From Candidatus Jordarchaeales archaeon (GTDB lineage Archaea > Asgardarchaeota > Jordiarchaeia > Jordiarchaeales > Freyrarchaeaceae): a stretch of DNA of 32,000 bases. Where the stretch lies: the NCBI GenBank assembly GCA_038889235.1, contig JAWAHN010000001.1:374499-406498 (forward strand). Direction: 5' to 3'. This document shows positions 8,993-16,997 of the stretch, piece by piece. The translations under genes were made by a program, and so were the position numbers. The notes below the pieces were generated by a model. The model was given only the letters and a program-made list of their open reading frames with translations, was not told the origin of the DNA and made no database searches. Position 1 is the stretch's first letter, and the number at the start of each line of letters is the position of its first letter.

Positions 8993-9531
8993 TAGAAGAG
9001 CGTTGTCTGCTTGAATTTCTTTTCCTCTTCTTTACGCTTTTCCTCTTTCTTCTTTGCCTCTTTCCTTTCCTCTTTTTCTCCGGTTTTCTCCGGCTGTACC
9101 GCTGCTTCGGCTGCAGGGGGGCTTGTTTCGGCCGGCTTATCGGTCTTCTTTCGCTTCGCGGCAGGTTTTTTGGCGGCTGTATCGATCAGCGCGCTAACTT
9201 GTTTCTTAACCTCTTCGCGGCTTACTTCAATCTTGAACTCCAATGGGTATGGTTCCACGTCTTTTAGCCCACTGAAATCAATCTTTTTACCGTGAAAGAA
9301 GAGGGGTTTGATGTGCACCTCTTTGCTCATCAAAAGTTGTCCATCACGTTCCTCAAGTATGCCCTCGTCTAGTGCGAGTCTGAGAATTTTGAGGGCGAGC
9401 GTCGGCGTCAGCCCATATGGCAGACCCCAGTCGAATGAAAGGACGAAACACCACTCTTTCGGAGCGAGCGCCCTTTTCCCCGAGATAAAGAAGGGTATTG
9501 CCGAGAGAAGTTCTAGGGCGTCCGCCATCAA
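8992..9531 (-). CDS. DUF2240-family archaeal protein with charged low-complexity tail ending KQTTLF
   Basis: N-terminal AIPF..SGKRALAPKEWCFVLSFDW...TPTLALKIL..ALDEGILE resembles DUF2240; K/E/A/P-rich tail; SD-like AGGAGATGA upstream of TTG/ATG. Confidence 0.7.
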   Translation of the reverse strand: MMADALELLSAIPFFISGKRALAPKEWCFVLSFDWGLPYGLTPTLALKILRLALDEGILEERDGQLLMSKEVHIKPLFFHGKKIDFSGLKDVEPYPLEFKIEVSREEVKKQVSALIDTAAKKPAAKRKKTDKPAETSPPAAEAAVQPEKTGEKEERKEAKKKEEKRKEEEKKFKQTTLF

Positions 9532-9546
9532 AGGAAGTCATCTCCT

Positions 9547-10494
9547 TCAGCTCTTCTTTGGAGGGACGGCTGGGGATTCCGGTGGACACTTGGGTATGAG
9601 GAGAAATGACGAGAAGGACGCGGTTTCCAGTAGTACCAGTTTAGTTTCTGGGCGAAGCTTCATTTTAACCGGGATTGCTATCAGGTGAGCCCCTATCTTC
9701 TTCATGAGATTTATCGAAGCCTCATCAACTGTTCCAGCTTCTATGATGTGGTTCACTTTGAAGCCTTGAGCGATGAGCGACGGCTTAACCTCCTTTATCG
9801 CCTTCTCCATCATGTTGCAGGCGGACGCCACAAGTTTCTCTTTCTCCATGTGGCTCATTTCGGAGAGCACACTGCAAAGGAAGTCTAGGGACGACAGGAA
9901 GTAGTCGCCTATGTACGTCAGAAACGTCATGCTCGCCTCCTCGGCGCATACAGAGATCAGCACTGGCAGAGGGTCTTTTATGTCGTCCGGCTCCCTAACC
10001 AAGACCATAACGTTCCCAAGAATTCTTTCCGGCGCCAGGCTTGATCTTTCAACAATAAGCATGGGAAACCCTAACTTTTGGGAGAAGGACTCTATGAGTT
10101 TAAACGAGTCCTCCATAGACTTAGGTGAAGGCATAACTATGAGGCTTAACTTCCCCTCGGTTATCATAGAAATGAACGATGCGACGTCGTCCGTTGAAAC
10201 GTATTCCTCGACATCCCCTACATTTTTCTCCCGTAATTTTTCTCTGAACGCCGAGAGGACTTTGCCGCACTCTGTTTCCGTCTGATGGTGGCAAACAAGC
10301 TTAACCTTGCACTTATGCTTTTTTGCAAGGAAAGAAACGACTCCCACCACGGACTCGGCAAGGTCTTGGAAAGCATCAAGTACGAGCACAATAGAGCTGA
10401 ATGACACAGGCTTCAATTCTGACAGAGGGATTATCAACCGCTGCTTAAGCCTGGTTTCAAGCTCAGCAATCTTCTCGAGTTCTTCTAAACTCAA
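9547..10494 (-). CDS. Probable tandem universal-stress-protein (USP)-like domain protein, degenerate
   Basis: Two alpha/beta repeats with USP-like pattern (IVLVLD...LAKKHKCKVKLV...LIVMPS; VMVLV...GFKVNHIIEAGTVDEA...AHLIAIP); no G-2x-G-9x-G(S/T) ATP motif. GGAGGG SD supports TTG 10494 (ORF track 10566). Confidence 0.5.
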   Translation of the reverse strand: MSLEELEKIAELETRLKQRLIIPLSELKPVSFSSIVLVLDAFQDLAESVVGVVSFLAKKHKCKVKLVCHHQTETECGKVLSAFREKLREKNVGDVEEYVSTDDVASFISMITEGKLSLIVMPSPKSMEDSFKLIESFSQKLGFPMLIVERSSLAPERILGNVMVLVREPDDIKDPLPVLISVCAEEASMTFLTYIGDYFLSSLDFLCSVLSEMSHMEKEKLVASACNMMEKAIKEVKPSLIAQGFKVNHIIEAGTVDEASINLMKKIGAHLIAIPVKMKLRPETKLVLLETASFSSFLLIPKCPPESPAVPPKKS

Positions 10495-10810
10495 GGGGAA
10501 CCCTCCTAGGGGAAAAATGGGGGAAAAGGCCGCAACAAGGAAGGCACCTAAAAAGGGGTTGAACAATATTCTAGCAAGCCACTCCAGAAAAACATCGCAA
10601 ACAGTTATTTAAAAATTTTCTATTCAACATTTTATACAAACCAAGACTCAACATTAGAAATAACTAAGGAAATTAGGAAATAGACGGACAACCATACTAT
10701 TTAATTCACCATGCTCCATAACACCGTGCGACAAGCACTCAACCCAGACAGTTTTCTTGAAAATAGATAAAAAGGAATTAGATTTAGGCAAAGTTGACCT
10801 TAGCCAAAAG

Positions 10811-11149
10811 TTATTGAGATTTCTGCTCTTGGGCCTCTTTGGCTTCTTTGGCTGCCTTAGCTTTTTTAGTAGGTTTAGCGGCTTTGGCCGGCTTGGCTTC
10901 TGCCGGTTTAGCTTCTTTTGCCTTCAGCTTTTCCTCCTCTTTCTTGGCTTTTTCAGACGCCTTGTCTATTTCTTTCACCTGTTTCTCTGTTGTTCCGACT
11001 AGCTTTTTCAGCATATCCGCCCGTATCTTAGATGGCTTATCTGTCGGCGTTCCAAGTGACTCGAGGATCGACTTGTATTCCTTGAGCGCCTTCTCGGCCA
11101 CTTCCTTGGCTGCACTTAGGGGGTCCTTTGCTGACGACTTCTTTGACAT
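10811..11149 (-). CDS. Small basic Lys/Ala/Glu-rich hypothetical protein with AKP-repeat tail
   Basis: 112 aa from ATG 11149 (GAAGGAG SD), roughly 30 Lys versus about 19 Asp/Glu; tail KAKEAKPAEAKPAKAAKPTKKAKAAKE; codon use resembles neighbouring genes. Confidence 0.75.
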   Translation of the reverse strand: MSKKSSAKDPLSAAKEVAEKALKEYKSILESLGTPTDKPSKIRADMLKKLVGTTEKQVKEIDKASEKAKKEEEKLKAKEAKPAEAKPAKAAKPTKKAKAAKEAKEAQEQKSQ

Positions 11150-11312
11150 CCGCTCCTTCTCCCCCATTTCCCTTTTTATCAAGGAATCTTTTATTGACGT
11201 ACTTGCTTAAATAGTTAATTGAAAAGAGTGCTGGGTTGCCGTTTCCAAAATCGTTTTTAACTACGGTGATTTCCCATTTTTTCTTAAAGGGACTAAAATG
11301 GTGTTGGTTTGA

Positions 11313-12017
11313 ATGTACCTGTTCGACTTGCATGTGCACACTTGTTGTTCCAGGCACCCTGTTTGGGGTAACGATGCTACTAGTAGCCCGCGCGAGGTTG
11401 TGGAGGAGGCGGCAAGGAAGGGGCTTAGCGGTTTAGCGATAACAGACCATAATACCACGAAGGGGGGTTTGCTTGGGGTTAAAGCCGCTAGGAAAGCTGG
11501 TTTGACCGTCGTTCCTGGTGTTGAGATAAGTAGCAGAAGGGGGGACTTGATAGTTTTGGGTTTGACTGAACTGTTTGAGTTTAAACCTAAGGAGATGGAT
11601 GTGGGAGAAGTGGTGGACTTTGCAAGGGATTTCGGAGGAGTCGTGGTGGTTCCACATCCGTACAGGCGCAGTAAGCCTCCAACATTCGTGATGGAGTTCA
11701 AAGTTGACGCGTTAGAAGGATTTAACGCTAGGACCTCGAGGCGGCTGAATGAGAAGGCTAAGAAGCTGGCAGAAATTGTAAACTTGCCCGTCGTCGCTGG
11801 GAGTGACGCACATACGTTGGGTGAGATAGGTAACGGGTTGACCGGTGTAATTGCTGATGGCGGTGGGCTGGACGACGTGCTTGAAGCTATAAGGAGGGGG
11901 AATGTGAACATTCAGCGTGAAAGACCATTCAGGCTCACAGAGAGAGTTAGATACTACGGGGTGAAAGTGCGAGACCTAGTGCTTCACGGGAGGAGGTACA
12001 TTTGCCCGGAGTATTAA
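11313..12017 (+). CDS. PHP-domain metal-dependent phosphoesterase
   Basis: DLHVHT..S, LAITDHN, VPGVEIS, PHPY, EGFNAR, GSDAH. Confidence 0.9.
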   Translation: MYLFDLHVHTCCSRHPVWGNDATSSPREVVEEAARKGLSGLAITDHNTTKGGLLGVKAARKAGLTVVPGVEISSRRGDLIVLGLTELFEFKPKEMDVGEVVDFARDFGGVVVVPHPYRRSKPPTFVMEFKVDALEGFNARTSRRLNEKAKKLAEIVNLPVVAGSDAHTLGEIGNGLTGVIADGGGLDDVLEAIRRGNVNIQRERPFRLTERVRYYGVKVRDLVLHGRRYICPEY

Positions 12018-12043
12018 GGCATAGAGGTGAATGCTTCAGGGTT

Positions 12044-13429
12044 CTAGGCTTTTTCAACTATTAGTGTGAGACCTGAAACCCCTACTACCCTTACTTTTGA
12101 GCCCTCCGGTATTGTCGAGTTGTCTGCTGAGCGGGCTGACCAAACCTCCCCCTTCACAAGTACTTGTCCACGCGGGGTGAGCGCCGTTTTAGCCACTCCT
12201 TCCACACCAACCAGTTTTTCCGGTTCTAACTCTGACTTCAGCCTGCGTACTTCAGCTGCTTTGTAGGCTAAGAATACGAAGAGCGCGGTCATAGCACCCG
12301 AGATTGCGATCAGAAGTGTTGTGAGCGATTGGGTGAATGAAGGTGTGAACAGCCAGCTCGCTGGGACAATCATGAGGCTGCCGAGTATCAAGCATGCCAC
12401 GCCTCCTATTGCGAAGACACTTGTCCCCGTCTTTATTTCCAGCAGCAGTAGTGTGAAGCCAAGTAAGAAGAGGAGGAGAGAGACTACGCTGAGCCCCAGC
12501 ACGCCCAGTCCCAGGAGGGATAGGAGAAGCGATATGGTGCCGCCTATTTCGGCCCCGTACCCGGGCGTCTTGATCCCTATTACAATACCGAATATGCCGA
12601 GTATTAGGAGGGAGTACGCGATGAACGGGTTAACTATGAGGTCTAATATGTTGTACTTAAGGGATTTCGGGTAGAATACTGGGTAAGCGTTGCTTATACC
12701 CGACAGGTGGACCACTCTGACGGGGTTGTAGATTCCAGCCTCCTGTCCGTCCACGAGCTTCCATGAAAGGGTACCAGTCTCGTTGTTCATGTACTGCACC
12801 AGCGCTTTTCCCTCAAGCTTTGAAAGAAGCTCATGAAGCGAGTTAGCCACTATTTCTATTACGTTGCTTTCCTTCGCTTGCTCTGGAAGCATGTTCAGGT
12901 TTATGTAGACGAACTGGCTCGCAGCGGACTCGTTCCTCGAGTGCAGGCGGGCGTGAGCCACCATTAGGGCAGCCATAGCATTAACGTACTTTGGATCGTA
13001 GACCGGCTGCCCTCCCATGGTGGGCTGACATGAACCTATCACCGTCCCACTAGACATGGCCGCTATGTGGCTCGCCATGAGTATATATGTCCCCCCACTC
13101 CACGCCGTGGACCCAGGGGGTGACACGAAAACACAGACAGGTACCAAGCTCAGCTCGAAGAGGTTCATTATCTCGTTGACGGCGCCAAGCTCACCGCCAG
13201 GACTATTAACGTAGAAGACTACAAGGCGTGAGCCGTACTGAAGAGCTGACATCAACACCTCCTGAACCATGTAAAGGGTAGAACGGGTGATCTCACCTCT
13301 AATCTCTGCAACCAGTATCGTTTCACTCGGAGAAGCGGTAACCTTAATGCTCGTAGAGAATGGAGCTAAGAGTAAGGGTGAAGCAGCGAGAAGTGCTAAC
13401 ATCAAGAGAGGGGCGACTTTAACGTGCAT
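12044..13429 (-). CDS. nfeD: NfeD long form: ClpP-class membrane-bound serine protease with TM domain and C-terminal OB fold
   Basis: Signal peptide, NSPGG, AWSGGTYI (catalytic Ser), IGSCQP, PKYVN (catalytic Lys region), hydrophobic core with PGYGAEIGG, C-terminal G..GVAKTALTPRGQVLVKGEVWSA. Confidence 0.9.
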   Translation of the reverse strand: MHVKVAPLLMLALLAASPLLLAPFSTSIKVTASPSETILVAEIRGEITRSTLYMVQEVLMSALQYGSRLVVFYVNSPGGELGAVNEIMNLFELSLVPVCVFVSPPGSTAWSGGTYILMASHIAAMSSGTVIGSCQPTMGGQPVYDPKYVNAMAALMVAHARLHSRNESAASQFVYINLNMLPEQAKESNVIEIVANSLHELLSKLEGKALVQYMNNETGTLSWKLVDGQEAGIYNPVRVVHLSGISNAYPVFYPKSLKYNILDLIVNPFIAYSLLILGIFGIVIGIKTPGYGAEIGGTISLLLSLLGLGVLGLSVVSLLLFLLGFTLLLLEIKTGTSVFAIGGVACLILGSLMIVPASWLFTPSFTQSLTTLLIAISGAMTALFVFLAYKAAEVRRLKSELEPEKLVGVEGVAKTALTPRGQVLVKGEVWSARSADNSTIPEGSKVRVVGVSGLTLIVEKA

Positions 13430-13649
13430 TAAAAACCCACCTCTTTCTCAAATTTTACATAAAAGGGCTGCAGCATATTAAAAGTTGTAGAAAACTAGAG
13501 GGGGGCCGGGGGGCAAAAGCAGGAGCTTTAATGACGGAGTCTAGGCAAAGGAACGTGCTGCAAAGGGGGTGTTCGTTGCACAAAATTGCTCAGACTTCTC
13601 CGTTGCAGTAAAGGCTTCCGCAATATTTATCTATGATTCAGGTAGCCTT

Positions 13650-14582
13650 TTAGACTTCCGGTATCCAGTCCAGCTTTTCGTAGTATGCTATCGTTTTGTC
13701 TATTCCTTCTTCGAGCCCTGTCTTCGCTCTGAAGCCTAGAAGTTTCTCCGCCTTGGTTGGGTCTGCGAGCGTCCGGTACACGTAGTTTTTAACCGGGTTT
13801 GGAACGTATTTCGGCTTTATGTTCTTCCCAAGCTTCCTGTTGAGTATTCCAACTATTTCGTTAAACGAAGTTTCTTTACCTGTTCCCACGTTGAAAACGT
13901 CGAACTCTATGTCTGTTTCCATGGCTAGCATTGCGGCTTCGACTGCATCTTTAACGTAGACGAAGTCCCTTGTCTGCGTTCCGTCCCCATATATCACGGG
14001 GGGCTTATCCTTCATTAGGCACCAGAGGAACTGCGTGATATTGTTCGCGTAATGCCTTTTGTACTCCTCTCTGGGACCATATATGCTGAAGTGCCTGAGC
14101 GTGATCACGCTTAATCCGTAAAGCTTGTGGTAGAGCTCGGCAAGCCTTTCTATGGCTATCCTAGCCTCCGTGTAGAAGTCTGTGACGAAGGGGACGGCGT
14201 CCTCCCTCCACGGCGTCGGGAGACCATTATAAATACTGGACGTGGAACACAGCACGACGCGGGAACCGCAGTCCTTCGCAAACTCGAACACCACAATAGC
14301 GTCGCCCACTGCTTCGGCAACCCTCCTCCTGTCCTCCTTATACATCGGAGAGGAAGAGTAAATCCCGTAGTGGAGGATGAAATCCATTTTAGGGAGGGAG
14401 AGTGACTGCAGACTTCCAGCACTGCACTTGAAAAGCTTTATAGAGTCGATTACATCTTCTAAGTTTTTCTCATTGCCGGTGTGCATGTTGTCGATAACGT
14501 AAGTTTCAAACCCTTTTCTAACGAGCTCAACGACAATGTTTGAACCTATAAAACCAGCTCCACCTGTAACCAGAACCTTCAT
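13650..14582 (-). CDS. NAD-dependent nucleotide-sugar epimerase/dehydratase (extended SDR)
   Basis: VTGGAGFIGS, IDNMHTG, STSSIY, R.FSIYGP, IYGDGTQTRDFVYVKD, FNVGTG; the catalytic motif reads YTEAR (YxxxR). Confidence 0.92.
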   Translation of the reverse strand: MKVLVTGGAGFIGSNIVVELVRKGFETYVIDNMHTGNEKNLEDVIDSIKLFKCSAGSLQSLSLPKMDFILHYGIYSSSPMYKEDRRRVAEAVGDAIVVFEFAKDCGSRVVLCSTSSIYNGLPTPWREDAVPFVTDFYTEARIAIERLAELYHKLYGLSVITLRHFSIYGPREEYKRHYANNITQFLWCLMKDKPPVIYGDGTQTRDFVYVKDAVEAAMLAMETDIEFDVFNVGTGKETSFNEIVGILNRKLGKNIKPKYVPNPVKNYVYRTLADPTKAEKLLGFRAKTGLEEGIDKTIAYYEKLDWIPEV

Positions 14583-14706
14583 TAAGCAACCCCCTCAAAC
14601 ATGTACTGATCAGATAGACACCGTGTGCGTAAATGCACCTGCAACCTATATATGCTTTGTCGTCTTGAGAAATGCTTATTTTGGATAGGGATTTCTTTTC
14701 GGTTAG

Positions 14707-15597
14707 GTGTTGCTTTTGAGAAGTGCGGTGATTGGTGCGGGTGTTGTAGGTAGGGCTACTGGCATTGGTCTTCAAATGTACGGTTATGAGGTCATATTTT
14801 ATGATGTTAACCCGGAGAAAACCGCAGAGTTAGAGAAACAGGGTTTTAAGGTTGCTAGGAGTGTTAAAGAGGCTGTACGCTGGTCGGACATTTCATTCGT
14901 GTGCGTTCAGACCCCCTACGTGGATAGCAGAGTTGATTTGTCATATCTGAAGAGCGCTATTATGAGTATTGGTGAATCTCTGGATGGAGAAAACTATCAT
15001 GTGGTTGCCGTCAGGAGCACCGTTCCACCATTTACAACAAGGAACATTGTAATTCCCTTGCTGCAAGAATGTTCTGGTCTTCGCGTCGGAAAAGATTTTG
15101 GCGTATGTTTTAACCCGGAGTTCCTTAGGGAGGCAAGCGCACTCCAAGATTTCCTAAGCCCAGCTAGGATTGTGATAGGAGAAGTCGACAAGAAAGCTGG
15201 AGACATTTTAGAGGAACTTTACAAGCCCTTCAAAGCACCGATAATCAGAACGAACCCAGAAACAGCAGAGGTTATTAAGTACGTAGCGAACACCTTCCTA
15301 GCAACAAAGATATCCTTTTTTAATGAAGTATACTTATTGTGCGCCAAGCTTGGTTTAGATCCAAACCTTGTGGCGGAAACAGTTGCCCTAGACCCGCGCA
15401 TAGGCAAGTATGGAATATACGGCGGCAGGCCTTTCGGTGGAAGCTGCCTACCCAAAGATTTAAAGACATTCATACAGTTTTTTAGGGAAAATGGTGTTGA
15501 GCCGACACTACTGAGCGCTGTGCTTGCAGTTAACGAGAAAATGGAGGAAATTCAGAAGCGGAGGGAAATGAGTGAAAGAGATAAGTGCTTACAGTGA
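14707..15597 (+). CDS. UDP-glucose/GDP-mannose 6-dehydrogenase family protein, short form lacking the C-terminal domain
   Basis: VIGAGVVG, FVCVQTP, RSTVPP, FNPEFLRE, AEVIKYVANTFLATKISFFNE, FGGSCLPKD; ends about 45 aa after the catalytic Cys. Confidence 0.88.
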   Translation: MLLLRSAVIGAGVVGRATGIGLQMYGYEVIFYDVNPEKTAELEKQGFKVARSVKEAVRWSDISFVCVQTPYVDSRVDLSYLKSAIMSIGESLDGENYHVVAVRSTVPPFTTRNIVIPLLQECSGLRVGKDFGVCFNPEFLREASALQDFLSPARIVIGEVDKKAGDILEELYKPFKAPIIRTNPETAEVIKYVANTFLATKISFFNEVYLLCAKLGLDPNLVAETVALDPRIGKYGIYGGRPFGGSCLPKDLKTFIQFFRENGVEPTLLSAVLAVNEKMEEIQKRREMSERDKCLQ

Positions 15598-16267
15598 GTG
15601 GTACTTTGAAAAGAAATATAAGTACTCGAAGAAGAAAGAGGCTGTTCAAAGACATTATTTGAACATATTATCTTGGGCTGACCGCAACATGGAGGGAAGA
15701 GTTCTCAATGGAAAGGGTAAAAGGGCTCTTGATGTTGGATGTGCCTATGGTTTCGTCGTTGAACTGCTCTCGAGGATCGGCTATGATGCTGTTGGAGTGG
15801 ACATTTCGAGTTACGCCGTTAGGAGAGGAAGGAAAGCAGGTCTCCTTCTTGAAGCAGATGCTGGGCATCTTCCTTTTGCGGGGAACACGTTTGACCTAGT
15901 AACTTGCTTCGCCGTTCTTGAACACCTACTTAACCTTGAAAAAGCGCTAAGAGAGATTGCAAGGGTGATGAAGCCAGGAGGAATAATTGTGGTGACAACG
16001 CCCAATATTAATGTAGTTGCGAAAGTTTTAATCCACGTTTTAGCCCGTGAGCCGACGGAAACACATCCGTCAGCCAGGCTGCCAGGCGAATGGATTAAAA
16101 CATTGACAAACTTTGGGTTTGGGGACGTGAAGGCGAAGCATTTTCTCTTGCTTCCGATACCACCAAGGCTTTTTCAAAGGTACTTCACTGTAGGAGCGCA
16201 TTTTACGCTAGCAAGCCACATAGGAATAGTGGCGGTAAAAAATGGAGGAGGGGATTGGAGTGCCTAA
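15572..16267 (+). CDS. Class I SAM-dependent methyltransferase (type 11)
   Basis: ALDVGCAYG, GVDIS, ADAGHLPF..NTFDLV, VLEHL, RVMKPGG..VVTTPN. Confidence 0.9.
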   Translation: MKEISAYSEWYFEKKYKYSKKKEAVQRHYLNILSWADRNMEGRVLNGKGKRALDVGCAYGFVVELLSRIGYDAVGVDISSYAVRRGRKAGLLLEADAGHLPFAGNTFDLVTCFAVLEHLLNLEKALREIARVMKPGGIIVVTTPNINVVAKVLIHVLAREPTETHPSARLPGEWIKTLTNFGFGDVKAKHFLLLPIPPRLFQRYFTVGAHFTLASHIGIVAVKNGGGDWSA

Positions 16268-16997
16268 GTTTTCCGTGATAATTCCGGCTTTAAACGAGGA
16301 GAAATATATTGGGTTAACGCTCAATTCCATAGCTAGGCAGACTCTTAAGGATGCAGAAGTCATAGTAGTAGTTGATGATAGAACTAGGGATGCCACAGCG
16401 GACATAGCCAGACAAAAGGGAGCGAAGGTGATTTTTTGCAGCAAGCACACCGTGAGTGATGGAAGGCATGAGGGAGCAAAACACGCTACAGGAGAAATAC
16501 TAGTTTTCACGGACGCTGACACGTTAATTCCACCGGACTTCCTTGAAAAAGTCGAAAAAAAGTTTAGAGACAGTGATGTGATCGCTTTAAGCGGTCTAGC
16601 AATCCCCTACGACGCGCCCCTAATTGGGAAAGTAGAGTATATCGCCTGGTCACTGGGGAGATACGTACTCAACCGCTTAGGAAAGTTCTTTCCGCCGGGG
16701 TATTTTACTGTAATTAGGAGAGACACATACTTCAAAGCAGGAGGATACATCAACATCAAAGAACCTTGCGAAATGTCGCTGGATGGAAGAGACGGAATAT
16801 TCGGGCTTGAACTAGTCAAGAAGGTTGGAGGGAAAACTATCTACAGCTTAGACATACCAGTTTTCCCCTCATCGAGAAGGATGCATAAACTTGGCTTCTT
16901 GAAGTTCAACCTCTACTACGCCTATATACTCAACCACTTATTCCCTTCAGTTAAGCTCTTCAGAAAACTGGTGCAATTTAAGGAGAAAATTGGGTAA
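16242..16997 (+). CDS. GT2 glycosyltransferase (small, possibly a polyprenol-phosphate sugar synthase type)
   Basis: SVIIPALNEE, EVIVVVD, GEILVFTDAD (DxD). GTG 16260 is a probable start after GGAGG. Confidence 0.88.
   Translation: MEEGIGVPKFSVIIPALNEEKYIGLTLNSIARQTLKDAEVIVVVDDRTRDATADIARQKGAKVIFCSKHTVSDGRHEGAKHATGEILVFTDADTLIPPDFLEKVEKKFRDSDVIALSGLAIPYDAPLIGKVEYIAWSLGRYVLNRLGKFFPPGYFTVIRRDTYFKAGGYINIKEPCEMSLDGRDGIFGLELVKKVGGKTIYSLDIPVFPSSRRMHKLGFLKFNLYYAYILNHLFPSVKLFRKLVQFKEKIG

Noticed and set aside
264-14422. Numerous 60-180-aa ORFs antisense or frame-shifted to the main genes (e.g. 264-719, 1296-1832, 6689-7240, 9011-9295, 10839-11210, 11261-11911)
   Set aside because: Ser/Thr-rich shadows of genes with clear family motifs on the other strand; no SD and no recognisable motifs.
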